Shown: positions 50,410 through 64,000 of the stretch, piece after piece
Layout of the letters: the number at the start of each line of letters is the position of its first letter
Position numbering within the stretch: the stretch's first letter is position 1
Assembly: GCA_963514005.1 (NCBI GenBank)
Contig: OY740821.1
Location: 13,144,001 to 13,208,000, forward strand
Reading direction: 5' to 3'
Source of the DNA: Raja brachyura
Taxonomy: Eukaryota
DNA length: 64,000 nt
Notes under the pieces: model-generated
Seen by the model: the letters and a program-made list of their open reading frames with translations, nothing else
The model's database searches: none
Told to the model about the DNA's origin: nothing
Program-made: the position numbers and the translations under genes

Positions 50410-50685
50410 AGGTAGACAAAAGTGCTGGAGAAACTCAGCGGGTGCAGCAGCATCTATGGAGCAAAGGAAATAGGCAACATTTCGGGCCGAAACCCTTCTT
50501 CAGACTGATGTAGGGTGGGGGTGGGGGGGGGGGGGGGCGGGGAGAATAAAGGAGAAAGGAAAAGGAGGAGCCCGAGGGCAGAGGGAGAGCTGAGAAGGGG
50601 AGGAGACAGCTACCGGAAATTGGAGAAGTCAGTGTTTATGCCGCTAGGGTGCAAACTGCCCAAGCGGAATATGAGGTGCTGCCTG
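50410..50685 (-). mobile_element. Penelope-like element 3' end (EN tail plus pLTR), nested in another pLTR-family copy
   Basis: Reverse complement of 51520-51777; hammerhead core with GAAAT variant at ~50466-50493. Confidence 0.8.
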
Positions 50686-51258
50686 AAACTTTGTGTCAGG
50701 CAGCATCTGTGAAGGGAAATGAACACTCAATGTTTTGGGTCGGGACCCTTCTTCAGACTGATTGGAGTATGGGTGGGGGGGGGGAAAGAGGTGTGCAGCT
50801 GGAAGTGAGGAGACGGGGGTGTGACAAAGCCAGGCAAGTGATAGGTGGATACAGGTGAGGGGTGGATGGATTGGCAGATGGGTGGAGACAGTGACAAAAG
50901 GCTGGAGATGAAAAGGAAACAAAATGGTGTCAGATAAGGAGAGAAGAGGTGGAATGATATGCAAAGCCAGAGGTGAGGGGGATATAGATGGAAGAGGATG
51001 GGTTTCTCTCTCCAGATACAACCTGACCCATTGACCATCTCCAGTATTTTCGGTTCTATTTCACCATCCCTGGCATCGCTATATATTTCTATTTAGATAG
51101 GAACCATTTGCAAACACATTGGTTGTCTGTGGAAGAGAAAATGTAGTATTCCCTGTATATGCATTATGTCCAGATTATACCTAAACATTTTCCTTTCTAT
51201 GCTTGTTGATCAGACAAAAAGTGTGTATGGGAATAAAACAAGTTCATAAGTCACGGGA

Positions 51259-51777
51259 ATGGGTGCGACAGAGGTTCACCTGCACCTCCTCCAACCTCAT
51301 CTATTGCATCCGCTGCTCTAGATGCCAGCTGATCTACATCGGTGAGATCTACATCGGCGTAGGCTTGGCGATCGTTTCGCCGAACACCTCCGCTCGGTCC
51401 GCATTAACCAACCTGATCTCCCTGTGGCTCAGCACTTCAACTCCCCCTCCCATTCCGAATCCGACCTTTCTGTCCTGGGCCTCCTCCATGGCCAGAGTGA
51501 GCACCACCGGAAATTGGAGGAGCAGCACCTCATATTCCGCTTGGGCAGTCTGCACCCCAGCGGCTTGAACATTGACTTCTCCAATTTCCGGTAGCCCTTG
51601 CTGTCTCCTCCCCTTCTCAGCTCTCCCTCAGCCCTCTGGCTCCTCTTCCTTTCTTCTTCCCGCCCCCCACCCTGCATCAGTCTGAAGAAGGGTTTTGGCC
51701 CGAAACGTTGCCTATTTCCTTCGCTCCATAGATGCTGCCGCACCCGCTGAGTTATTGGTCCAGCATTTTTGTCTACC
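51259..51777 (+). mobile_element. Penelope-like retroelement, 5'-truncated (GIY-YIG plus pLTR)
   Basis: RQRFTCTSSNLIYCIRCSRCQLIYIGE...; small internal duplication gatctacatcgg; TSD tcataagtcacggga (51244-51258) / tcataagtcatggga (51778-51792). Confidence 0.9.
51682..51709 (+). ncRNA. Minimal hammerhead motif (subfamily variant)
   Basis: CTGAAGA-A-GGGTT-TT-GGCCC-GAAAC-GTT. Confidence 0.6.
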
Positions 51778-51838
51778 TCATAAGTCATGGGAGCAGATTT
51801 AAGCCATTCGGCCCACTCCTCCATTCAATCATGGCTGA

Positions 51839-52047
51839 AGGTAGACAAAAGTGCTGGAGAAACTCAGTGGGTGCAGCAGCATCTATGGAGCGAAGGAAAT
51901 AGGCAACGTTTCGGGCCGAAACCCTCCTTCAGACTGATGGGGCATCCAGCATCTGCAGTTCCTTCCATAGATGCTGCTGCACCCGCTGAGTTTCTCCAGC
52001 ACTTATGTCTACCTTTGATTTTCCAGCATCTGCAGTTCCTTCTTAAA
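51839..52047. mobile_element. pLTR-derived fold-back element in a CR1 tail
   Basis: TSD caatcatggctga at 51826-51838 / 52048-52060. Confidence 0.8.
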
Positions 52048-55000
52048 CAATCATGGCTGATATATTTTTCCCTCTCAACCTTATTCTCCTGCCTTCTCCC
52101 CATAACTTTTGACACCCTTTCTAATCAAGCATCTGTCAATCTCCACCTTAAAAAATCCCAAAACATTAGTAAATGGAAGAGACAGTTAGTGCTGCTAATT
52201 TGCTGGGAGATGGAGCAAAAGGAAACATTTCTAGTCAGCAGCAAGCAGTCACATAAAACTGAGCAAACCACTTTACATTTTCAAACTCTGGAGGCTAGTA
52301 CCAATAACAATCACAAGTATACCAAAATAGTTTCAAACCATTTCCAGCATCATTATTCTTCACTTAGTGCAGACAGTTAACATTGGAAACACCCCTGGGA
52401 GAGAAGAGTGAGAAATGTAAATCACAGCGCTTATACACACTAAATGTGTGAAAGTGCGTAAACCACTTGAAGTCGGGTTTTCTGCAACTGTAACATCCAG
52501 GCTTAGACTGATAATTGTTAAAGTACACGTGCTGCTAAGGGGCCAAACAATGCCCATCGCCAACAAGACGATCACTAACTACCTACCCTTGACCTTTAAC
52601 CATCATTAAACCTTCCATGAGCCCCTTCAGACCCCCACAAAATCCCTTCCACAAGGCACATCAGTAGAACGAAAAACATCTTCATTTGCATAGGTAAATG
52701 CAGGTCCAAAGATCCACAATGCCATCCAGGGCACAATAGCATGCTTAAATAGCACCTCATTCACCTGGCTAAATATTCATCACCTCAACTATTGGCAAAT
52801 ACTGTTTGCAATGTGCACCATCGATAAAATGTATTGCAGAGACTCACTGTGAACAGAAGAAATAAACAAGGAAGAACATCATGCCTGCTCTGATCATGGT
52901 TGAGCTTATAGCCTCAGTGCCACATATTCCGAGATCTCTTTGGTATCTAAAAATATTCAAGCCTTCTGAGACAACACCTGCCAAACCCAAGGCTTGTTCC
53001 CTCTGGCTGACACACAGGAACACCACCAACAGCAGGCTCTCTTCCAAATTGGACACAATGTTGACTTGTCCTTTCACCGTCACTGGGTCAAAATCCTGGA
53101 GATCCCTACTCAATGTACTGTGGGACTGCCTTCACAAGGACTGCACAACTTCAATGCAGTGTATCATCACTACTCTCTGATGGGCAATGGATGCTGACCT
53201 TCCCAATGCCCATATCCCATAAAAATAAAACCAAGTACATATACATGTTACAAATCTAATACGGAAAGTAGAGGAATACAAAGACTTCATAATGTGAACA
53301 ACATTTTTTTCAGAGAAGGTAATGAATTTAAAGAATTTAATTTTAATTAAGTTTGTAAAGCATTAACTCATTTGTTTAACTGCTAGTCCTGTTGCCTTTC
53401 AGTAGCAATTGTCATTGAATTTTGCAGTATAGAAACGGGCCTTTGGCAACTTTTATATTCAATGCCCCAAGCCTATGAAGACAAGCATACCATGTGCTTT
53501 CTTCACCACTCTATCTACTTATGTTACCAAATTCACAGGACTGTCGACTTGAAGCCGAAGGTCCCTTTGTTCATCGGCATTTCTTATCATTCTACTGAAT
53601 ATATCTGAGTTACTCCAGCACTTTGTTATTTATCTGTGACTAAACCATTGTCTGCTGCAAGATTATTCAGCTGCAATTAAACAGAGCCAAGTACCAAAGT
53701 ACAATACAAATTTTAAAAATCAAATCGGTTTCACTTCATCTCTGTATTTTTTTTAATGGATCAACATAATTACAAAAAGGAAATAAAAGGTTTCTAACCT
53801 TACATAGTTTATATAAGGTGCATTTATTCTTTCACCATATTTTACATATAATTTTTTGAGCTTTAAGAAAAATAAAACTTCCATTAATTTCAGATTTTTA
53901 AGCCTAAGTGAGTAAGTATGCACAATGTTATCAACCTTCCGTTTTTGTACCTATTGTTCAACTAGTAACTAAATGGTGTATGGTAGATGTGGTCCCATTT
54001 TCGGCCCCAGTCTATGGGATAAACTCAGCTTGAGTTTGAGTTTCTGATGGCACTCCAGTGTTCCTTACTGCCAAGTATATGTTTGCAAAAAACTGCATAA
54101 TGACTAGTTGGGACAGACCTACGACACTTTTCAGGCACACTCAATGAATGACTATCGAGGCAAGGTATCCAAGGACAGTAGATGCCCAAACCACATCTCA
54201 TGACCACTATCCTTCAGGAAAGAAATCAGAAATAACATAATATGTAATGGAATTATTGCCATTCTTACTCTCGCAAAAAAAATAATTAAATGTTCAAAAG
54301 TCTAAGATGTTTCTTCCCCAACTTGGGTTACTGTATAGTGATCAGCAGTAGAAACTCTGTTTATTAGTCCAGCTCCCTGAAATGAACCAACAGCATTTCC
54401 CTGATTGCTATCCTGAGGTCAGTTCATTCAGGAGGCAGAACTGAACCTGGCACCTGCCCGATCAGGACCCCTCATATATTGTAGCTCTTTAATTATCCCG
54501 AACATAATGAGCGGAGTCAAGGTATTATTTTTCAGTTCTCGATGTACTGCAGCCTTTGAAAAAATCCCTCCCTACAAATCGGTCAGCCACTTGTGCAAAA
54601 ACAGTTAATTGACAATAATACCTGCAATAATAACTGCTGCGGTAACTACTTGGTGCTTTTCATTTTTGGTGAGAAGAGTGCATATTATGTACTAGGATTG
54701 GGTGGAAATGTCAAACTTAGATAAATATCGTGATAAGTTGAAACCAGCCACCACATCAATGAGCCAGTTTGAACATTATGGTCTGGTGTACGCAGGGGTA
54801 GTAAAGATTCAGGTTGCACACATCCAACTGCAATAACAGATGTTAATCAACCACCCTACCGCAAGTGTTCATGTGTATTTCTGTGTAAATCAGTTTGAAA
54901 TTTGGCTCGCTGGGCTTTCAATTAACCCTTTCAAGCCCTTTGCTAATCCACCAAATCTTCTAAAACTCAGCAAATGCATCATAAAACCCCACATCTTGGA

Positions 55001-56589
55001 AGGATCGCAACACAATATACTTTAGTGTTTGAAATTAAGGCTTGGTGCTGTTGTTACCTCTTTGATGGTGAAGAATGCAAGTCTTGTTTAGTCATGACCC
55101 AAAGCTTGTTCCTTCCACAATCCTCTCCACCGTGGAATTGATCCAACCGATTTTATCTCGCAAGGATTAAATCTGAGATTCTTCTGGTCTGTATGGTTTA
55201 GTGCCCCAAAATTACCCAACCGAGTAACAAGGTTTTTAATCAAAATTTAATTAAAAAACATGATGTTAAAGTAACACTTAAATCACTCCACCCCCTTGTA
55301 CTTTCTTTTTGGAGAATGATTGAAATGTGAGACATGTCCTTAAAACTCATGTCTTTCATTACGTTAAAAAACAAAGTTCTGGAGTAACTCAGCTGGTCAT
55401 GCAGCATCTCTAGAGAACATGGACAGGTCATGTTTCGGGTCAGGAGCTTTCTTCTGGCTGATGGTCTTTCATTATAGAGCAACCACACTTCATTGATAAA
55501 TTATAAGCCATAAAGTACATAAATCAAAGCCTTATTTTAACCATAAGGCAAGATTTGTAATTATACTAAACTGGCATTCGGGAAACTTGTGCTTGGATAG
55601 GTTTTTTTCTTTAAATAAACTGTCCAAATCAACTCCTCCAAAGCAGACACATTGGTTCAATGTATATTTGAGATTCTTCTACACTACTATGTCATTCATG
55701 CCAAGTTAACTGAAGTTGGACTGAAGTTCTGCATCAATTTATCAGTCTCATTTATTCCTTTTCTTGCCAGATCCTTCAGTTGCTTCAATCTGGACTGGAT
55801 GCAAAATGTTTTCAAGAGAGTAATTGTCTTCTGCATTAGAACCCAAGACTGCTAATGTCAATTTGGTGATAGTGCTGGGAAAGGCCTCCCAGATTATCCT
55901 TTTCCATTTGCAAGGTTTAAGGTGATGTGGAGTTGGAAGTGACAGGAATTGATCCACAGCCTAGGATAGGACAACAGATAGGATTCAACAGGTGATCTTT
56001 ATGCTCATCAAGGTGATGGTCATCATGGGTGAAAAAAAGGAATGACCTATTTTCGACATTGTCAGATAGCTCGGTGAGGTGTTTTTCATGAAAAACAAGG
56101 TAATTTTTGCTTTGTCCAATTATATCTGTCAAGCACCTTGTTCAAGTTGATTATTTTTACAACTGTCGTTGAATTTAAATGGTCAGTTCATCAGCTATTT
56201 TGTGCTGTGGACTCACTAGAAACTAGACTGGTGCTGAACAAACTTCATTTCTGGGTTTACACCAGCAGGGAAGATATTAAACTTGAACTTTGAATTTAGC
56301 TCCATACACATTTAAATGTGTGTCAAACTGAATCAGTACAAATCTCATGATTCCTTATTCTCACAAGCGTACACTGAAAATTACATTTAAAATATCAACC
56401 CAATTCAAATTTGGGCAAAAATTGATTAAAATAAATGCAGAAATGCATGGTGTCTGGTAATTGTAATTGTTACAGTTTTCTCATTCATACTGCATTAGGT
56501 GCAGTTATGTTGAGGGAGGATTCGTTTGAACCAAAACATGTAATGTCGGCTGGTTTTGTCTGTCGTTGCAGCAGTTGTTTTCCAGTCTC

Positions 56590-57020
56590 TCCTAACATGA
56601 CAGCATGAGGTTCAATGGCAAAACTCCCAAGTCAGAAACCTTCCAGTTAAATCTCATCCCCATTTCAAGCACATTATCTAAGACAAGTTGAGTTTGGTAT
56701 TGCGGAAGTGCTGCATAGTTAGAGATGGCATATTTTAGATGAGTTGTTACACAAACTGCAATCTTAGGTGGACATAAAAGATTCCACAGGTTTATCTGGA
56801 GCGTGGAGAAATTCTCCTCGGTGTCCTGGTTAACATTCTATTATCGACACTATCAAAACCAAATGAACTAGCAATCTCATTTGCAGTTTGTGGTACCTTG
56901 TGCGCAAAATGCAAACTGCATTTGCCTGCAAGAGGGAATGCTCCCAAAGCATTTCAGTCTGTGTGAAGCAAATTGAATGTTTCTAAGAGTCACCATTAAG
57001 CGCTATGTAAATGCAAGAAA
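56590..57020 (+). mobile_element. Deu-domain SINE (degenerate)
   Basis: gcggaagtgctgcatagttagagatggcatattttagatgag...aattctcctcggtgtcctgg...gcgctatgtaaatgcaag. Confidence 0.6.
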
Positions 57021-58917
57021 TTCCCTTACCCAATATAAACGGTATACTCTTTTATCTCATTGCAGGCCTTGTGCGCATATTGGCAGCCGCATTTGCCTGT
57101 GTGCCAACACTGATTATGCTACAAAATGTGTGAAATGCTTTGCCACTTGCTGGGATGTGAAACGCACCGTGTAGGAAAGATCTTTATTAGATTGTCCAAG
57201 TTTTTTTTTAAAAAGCTTCCTTGCAATTATGGCACATATGTGGATATCTATCCGGCAATGTTTATACAAAATAATGTGATTCCAGAGCACCAAGTCACCA
57301 GTGTTGTGTGATTTAGAAAATAACCAACTTGTCAACGGGTTCCTGAGTTTCTCAAGTTTATTTTAGTAGACCTTCAGCCATGACAGTACAAAACTTACAG
57401 TAGTTTTTCTCCAGTACACAAATATATATAATTATTATAATACATGTACAAAGGCTCTGGAGCAGTTTTTAAAAGCAACATAATGCAATTCATATTGATC
57501 ACAGGAGAAAAAAAGTCAAGACAATAATGGTCTGTTATCGTACTTACACACAAACGTATACGAATAAGTCCATCAAGAAAACTACTGTAAAGAGGGACAG
57601 TGGAGTATTGCACTTGGAATTCCGTACATTGTATAAAAACACAAGATTCACGCATTTTAAACACGCTATGGGTCAGCTTTTTTGAGGCAGCACATCGTTA
57701 TTAAGATTACATTTTACTGTCCTCAGACCAATTAACAGTTTCAAACTAAACAAAATTTACACCTACAGGTTAAAAAACTGCTTGCAAAAATCAAATCAGC
57801 AAGGTACAACAAATGCGATTATTTATAATTGATAGTCGATCCAGAAGTCAGTTTATCATTAATGTCATATTCACATTTTCATGAGGTATATAATATGTGC
57901 ATGTTATTTTTTTTTATTTAAAAAAAAATTGAAATTGAGGGACTGGGGCTTACCTCCATCTTTATCAGAAGTGGGCATTTTCTGAGAATCTCTCTAAATA
58001 GCCTAAGACATGCAGTTATACTCCACTTTAGCATGTATTTAGCTTACATACTCAAAGTGTATATAATGTTTTCCCCTCCAAACAACGGAGGCTTCTTCTT
58101 TAGGTTAGTGAAGTATATTGTTAAGCAGTCCACACAAACACACAGCAAAATTAAAAGTAGAAAATAGTGGCAGGTGAGTCGGCATCTAAAAAGATAAGTT
58201 AGGTCCATTGACCTGCATTTGTACCATTTGTGGTTTTCTTTAGGTTGCCAGCATTTCCACATTTTAGTTTTTTTCTATGCAAATTGTTGTGTACAACTAA
58301 AATGTCTCACATTCTCCCCACTGCAAATGAAAATGTCATCATTTGTTAAAATAAATAATTTCAACCACTGAAAGGAATATACTTCAAGGCAAGCCTCAAA
58401 TCCTGTGCACCATACTCTAAAATTGACCAGTTTCTGAACACAAAAGCAGGGTGGAAAGAGGAATTTGCATTTTATATTCATTGTAGTATAAATTATAATG
58501 GTCTTTCACAGTGCCCCTAAATTGCAGTCTTCAATCCAGAAACACAACCTTGTAATCACCACACATTGCATCCTCGGTTGCCCTCAAGGATGAGACACAA
58601 CAAACAGCATCCTTTGCCAATACTGTGCCCGTTTAGAAGATTGGCACAAACACAGACAAATTATGTGTGTACTAATTTGCTTTAAAGTAATACACCAGCT
58701 CAAAAGGTGAAAGACAACCATTAAATCACACTCACATCATTCAGGTCTATATGCTCTTTAATACTTGACTGTCCAGCAAGATGATGAGATTCATTTGAAG
58801 GTATCCTATCACTGAAATCAAGTGAGCAAACAACATTTATTCAGCTTTTCCATGCCCTCCATTTAGGGCTGTGAAACTCAAAATTGAGCATAGACAGAGC
58901 TAGCCGACTACCTCTAT

Positions 58918-58945
58918 CTGAAGAAGGGTCTCGACCCGAAACGTC
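58918..58945 (+). ncRNA. Minimal hammerhead motif at the 5' edge of a ~92-bp TSD-flanked element (58919-59010)
   Basis: CTGAAGA-A-GGGTC-TC-GACCC-GAAAC-GTC; TSD ctacctctatc at 58908-58918 / 59011-59021. Confidence 0.7.
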
Positions 58946-60699
58946 GCCTATCTCCTTCGCTCCTTAGATGCTGCTGCACCCGCTGAGTTTCTCCAGCCTT
59001 TTGTGTAACCCTACCTCTATCCTAAACAGGGAGGAAGACTGCGAATGGTGCAAAATACAAAACATATTTTTCCTTAATTTTCAACGATAGGAGCTGGTAC
59101 ACAAAAGGGTAACTTGGACATTTAAAAAAAAATCAAGATCCTCAGAATAACAAGGAAGTCCAATGTTCTTGACCCTTGTATATGGAAAGCAAGCTCGTGG
59201 GTTGGGGAACAATTGTGGAAATTATCACTGACTGTAATACTGCTTGGGCATTGGGGCGCGTCCTGGCCAAAGGGTGCCTCTTAAATGAGTCAGGAAGGGA
59301 GTTCCCAGCCTTTGGGTTTAGTTCTCAACGGTAACACTTGGTTATGCTGGGAAGTTCCACAAAATCCTAAGAGTTTTGAGGCAGGCCAAAGATCAGAAGT
59401 GAGTCATTAGTAATTTGTTTTCTGCCGTGTTAGGTTAACAAATCCCCACCATCAGGCAGAAGCCAGAGGCTGTTACAGGTCTGAGAAACCTACAGCTGCT
59501 TGATCTTCCTGAACATCCCAAGGTCTTCACATGTCCTGAAGCATTCCCAGGCCATTTACATGATCTGGGAAGGAAATATATGCAAGTGCAGGGTGTGATG
59601 AATGCACTTTGCATGTATTTTGCACCCAGGCATAGGGGAAGGAAAGAACTCCTAAACATTGTCAGTACATTTAAATTTAAACCTTTAGAAACTGTAAGAT
59701 ACCAGGATAAAGCTGACAAAATAGAATTGCTTGTGAAATTTTCTAACAGTTCTTGGATTGTAATGCAAATTCTTTTAGTGCTGAACAGTTCTGCTGAAAC
59801 CTGAAAAGGTCCATTTTTGGACTGTAGCACATAGTGTACTGTTCTTCAATTCCAGATAAGTATACCTTGGAAGAGTCTAGCTTTCAGCAACAAATGGCTT
59901 AAAGAAGCAACATAGAACGTTTGGGGGAAATTACAGTGGAGAAATGCTTCAAAATTGTACACTTGTGATGCACCTTACTTCTCTCACATTATGCTTGATG
60001 CTGATGCTGACTGCAGAACATACTCGCAATAGTCTCAGATGCACGGAGAAAATGAAAGGAGTTCTACCGAGAGGAGGCATAAGGATTATATTCCACACAG
60101 CATTGCACTGCACTCATTCAGATAGCAACTTTAAAGGGATAGCAGTGAATGGAGGTTAGAATTTTCCCGTGAAGCAGAAAATCACTTACAAGTGTGCAGA
60201 CATTTGAGACGCTACTCGGCACAGATAAAGCATGCATTACAAACAGATTGTTTTGTTGTTTAGGTACTTTTTTCCCCTCCACACTCTGAAGATGAAGGAT
60301 GTCAGCTGCAGAAATTCAAGTTTTGCATCATTTGTACCAAATGCTAAAACTGAACTCTGCCAAGTGAGGTACAAAACAGCCAGATTCAGAGTTGAGCTGC
60401 CATTATGACACACTTTGTCATAATGCATAAGCATTCCTTACCGCAACAGTGCAAGTGTTTCCATGGCATACGGTCTACTTGGAAATTTGAGCTGATTTTT
60501 ATGCTACAGATTTGGGTCCACTAACATTTGGTTTAAGACGAAACAAATACATTTCAAATAAAAGCCTTTTAGCTTGCTGAATACATAGTGAAAATGCATT
60601 GTGTGACATTAGCTTTACCTGAAATCTCATAACATTATTTTTAGGTCATCAAAAGTGTGGAGGGCTAAAAAGGAAATCAAGTGCAGTTACAGTTAACAG

Positions 60700-61090
60700 C
60701 CCATTTTGAGGCCAACCAGGGCAAAGCAACCCATTTGTTTGACAACCCAACCAGTAGCTTAAACATTCACTCTCTCCACTATGGCTGCAATGTGTACCAT
60801 TTACGCAATGCATTGCAGCAAATTGCCAAGACTTCTTAACAAAACCTTCAATATTCACAAACTTGACTACAAAAAGGACAACAGTAGCAGGTGCATGAGA
60901 ACTCCACCGCCTCGACTCCCAGACAAATTTCACACCATCCTGACTTGGAAATGTTTCTCTGTACCTTAATCTTCAACGCTTTACATTCTGGAACCTACCT
61001 GTCTGAAATCATCGTGAGAGTACCTCCACCAGAAGGACTTCAGCAGTTCAAGGTGATAGCTCACTAACATCTTTTGGATTAGAGAATGGC
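60700..61090 (+). mobile_element. L2/CR1-group LINE 3' fragment
   Basis: LNIHSLH..AAMCTIYAMHCSKLPRLL remnant; related pieces at 3440-3920 and ~52880-53220. Confidence 0.55.
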
Positions 61091-64000
61091 TATTCTGCCT
61101 TGTTACATATTATTAAGATTTAATTAATTTAAAAAAACTTTCTGCTACATTTTATTTATTTCTTTAAACTGACTTCCAATGCTAGCACTATTGCTGGAGC
61201 AGGTACATTAAGCCCGGGATACAGCTATTTTCCCAATGTCGTATCAAGCAGAGGGAAAACCAGATCGTTCATCAGGAAATAAGCAAATGCTGCACGATCA
61301 TCCTTCGAGTTCCAATTAGCAAAAAAGTAACAAACAACTCTTAAAGATACATCCCTTTGATCTACCATTCAGCCGGTGTTAGATTTTCACTTCCCACATT
61401 ACTTTCCTGTTTGTCAAATATTTTGGAAGTTTTTTCATATTAAAAGTACTATATAAACATTTTATGAGTCACGAATCCAAAAGATTGTGGGAAATTAAGA
61501 GTAGCTATTAAGCCATGGCTAAAATTTAATTTTTCCTCCAAAATGAAACGAGTTTTTGAAAATGATTTATAAATGTTACAGGATTATTTACTTAAAAAGG
61601 AATTTCGAATAAAAGCATTTTTGGTGTTTTAAGTGAAAAATGACAAATTCTGATAATAATCAACTGACTATAGAAGTGATCGATTATCAAGTTAAGTAAT
61701 TCAGCGAAACAACCACTAATCACTGCACCAGCTTTAAATATTGACAAAGTGCTTTGGAAAGCTGATCGAAAATGATTCAAGTTGTTAGATCGCGAGTGCG
61801 TGACTTGCAGAAGCTTGATTATTTGAGAAATCAAACACTTTCTTGTATAAAATGACATCCTTTATACAAAGACTAGTGTTCCAAGGAAACACAGATAGAA
61901 CCACAGATTTATTTTTTGTTTCACAATGTTTTATGACCTCCAATCAAACGAGAGCAAAATTAAAATTGGTGACAATTCATATTTACTGCAACACTCAAGC
62001 ACAAGCACACACGTAACAGCGGACGTTATTTGCGTTTCCTGTCCGGTTAACATAGGGTTACAGTCACAGTATACAGAGTCCCTATTTTGCCCTTCTCCTA
62101 AACTAAATACAGACATACAGTCAGTAGGTTGACAAACAAGGCGCTAAATGAAAGGAATAAGTTCATTTAAAATGCTACAAATGAAAAGGTTTGGGGTACT
62201 GCACGGTAAATGAATGCCTTTTTTTGTTTTGCAATCAAGGCTTGATGATCACACTATTGACTGGACCCAATGGTAAAAAAATTCAAAGTAAAATTAAAGT
62301 TTTTAGCTTTTGAATCCAAAGAGCGAGGATAAAATGCGGAAATCCTTAGAACGCGCTAGGCAAAAGTCACCTTATGGGAGCTATTTATTTTAGAGGAACT
62401 CTACCTCCAAATGGTTAGCCAAATTTACAGAACAGTGTCTGCTTTATTCAATTATTTAAGCAGAATGCAGTTGTCACTGGGTGACAGTAATAAGATGGGG
62501 TCCCTGGTCTTTAATCACTAATTTATTAAAGAGTTTTCTGTCAGGTATAAATTACTTTTTGGAAGTACTAGATCTTGGCAAAATAAAACTACCAACTTCA
62601 TTACTTTTAGTTCAGCTCACACTTCAGGGTTTTGTCGATCGGGGACTACAGCAACATCTACAAGTGACTTTCAATGACTCTTACCGTCTATATTCTTGTG
62701 ATATACCCTTTATACACTGCTTGTTTTTGTTTCTTCCAATTTTATGTCATTTGAGTTGCCTTAGGAGGTTCCTGCACCCATTCCAACTTACAATTCCAAA
62801 ATTTCACATTTCTTTTCAACAAAATAAAACTGAGGAGGTGATTCTAGATACAAACTTGGCCTTAAGGCTCTTCTGCATGCATGAAGACTCATAATTTGAT
62901 CCAATTCACACACAGGTCCAAGGCTAAAGAATACAGTAATCAAAAAACGTAAGACGGCATATGCTGGAAATCTGAGATATAAACAAAACAAAGAATGTTG
63001 GAGATGCTTTACAGGTCTGGCAACACATATTGAGGGCGGAACAGGGTTAATATTTTAGGTTGACCACGTTTCATCAAAATTAAATTATGATAAAATAGTT
63101 CTAATGAAATAAATCAACCTGTTCCTCTCTCCACTAGTGCTGCCAGACCTGCTGTGTATATCCAGTGGTTTCTGTTTTCACCAAAGTGTACAGCATGTAG
63201 GTGGGATTCAACAAGTTGAACTACAATCCTCTCCCCCCGGTGTAAATTTAAAAATCAGGGCGCGTTTCTGCAATTCTCATTTATCAGTGATCGATATTTG
63301 TCCTCTTTGCTCAATTGGGCTGTTCTTTAAGATTATATACAGGTTCAATGCAGCAAGGCGCTGAATAATGTACACTATCAATTTATGGATCAAACACTGT
63401 TAAGTATAAAGGGAAACGTTTTTAATTCCAAAAAGATTCTTTTTGCAGCAATTGGAAAATCTTGCTCCCCAGAGTATTGACTAATTTACAAAATGACCAG
63501 CAAACCATGGTAGTTGTTAAATATGGGGAAAATTCCAGTTGCAGTAGCAACAATCACAAGGCAGTTATAAACTGCTTGTTGATCTGTGGCTTTATTTACA
63601 TAATTTATCAGTAAAAAAAAACAATTATTTCCTCTTTTCTCCCCATCCCAAGATTTATTTTTGCCCTATTCCAACCTTAAAGTTCACTTTTTCCACCCCT
63701 TGAACCCACAGCCTGGTTGTTCTTGCCAGAAGAGGATCAGAAACTGCATTCACGTTTAGGGTTTGATGTGTAGATGAATAGCAGAAGCACCACTTTTGTA
63801 TCAGAACAGTATCATTCTCAACTCCTTGTCTCCCTTGAGGCTGCACACAGATAGAGAGCGGGCCGAGAAAAGTTAATGGAAAAATAAACTATAAAAAGTG
63901 TGCACCAAGTAATCTAATATAATCACTTACATCATTGATAATGGCCCGAGGTTTAAAAAACCCTCAACTACTACACAAGAGTAAGGGACTACAATACCTG

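Larger units (their letters stand above)
57340..64000 (-). other. Putative long 3' UTR of an upstream minus-strand gene (IKZF4 candidate by synteny)
   Basis: AT-rich, repeat-poor, U-rich on the minus strand; AATAAA at 57362-57357 preceded by several TGTA elements. No coding exon seen in the window. Confidence 0.4.

Noticed and set aside
51787-52380. Longest ORF (197 aa)
   Set aside because: Reads through a pLTR fold-back and a CR1 tail; no protein-like composition.
53800-55190. Possible minus-strand non-coding exons (acceptor-like near 54210, donor-like near 55057)
   Set aside because: Isolated splice-like words without ORF or other support.

Overview
Eukaryotic, repeat-rich vertebrate DNA. 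The repeat complement (V-SINE/HE1-like and Deu-domain SINEs, CR1, L1, RTE, Penelope) suggests a cartilaginous fish such as a skate or ray; this is inference. One complete gene is present: RPS26 on the minus strand (4 coding exons, 116 aa, TATA box plus 5'TOP promoter in a CpG island). A probable ERBB3 first coding exon (signal peptide) lies on the minus strand at 36448-36514, and its first intron runs off the left end of the window. A probable long 3' UTR of an upstream minus-strand gene (IKZF4 by synteny only) occupies about 57.3-64 kb. The most notable non-genic signal is two classes of self-cleaving-ribozyme motif carried by short retroelements. (1) A ~140-bp TSD-flanked element at 20975-21115 whose 5' end folds into an HDV-like ribozyme and which ends in an (AAG)n tail, resembling an Ingi/Vingi- or RTE-derived non-autonomous element. 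(2) Roughly 20 copies of a Penelope pseudo-LTR-derived element carrying a minimal hammerhead core; many are flanked by 11-15-bp TSDs or arranged as fold-backs, and intact cores lie antisense to the host transcripts. An unexplained 61-nt near-perfect hairpin sits at 23562-23622. Nearly all ORFs in the supplied track are spurious or repeat-derived. All calls are by eye; no searches were run.
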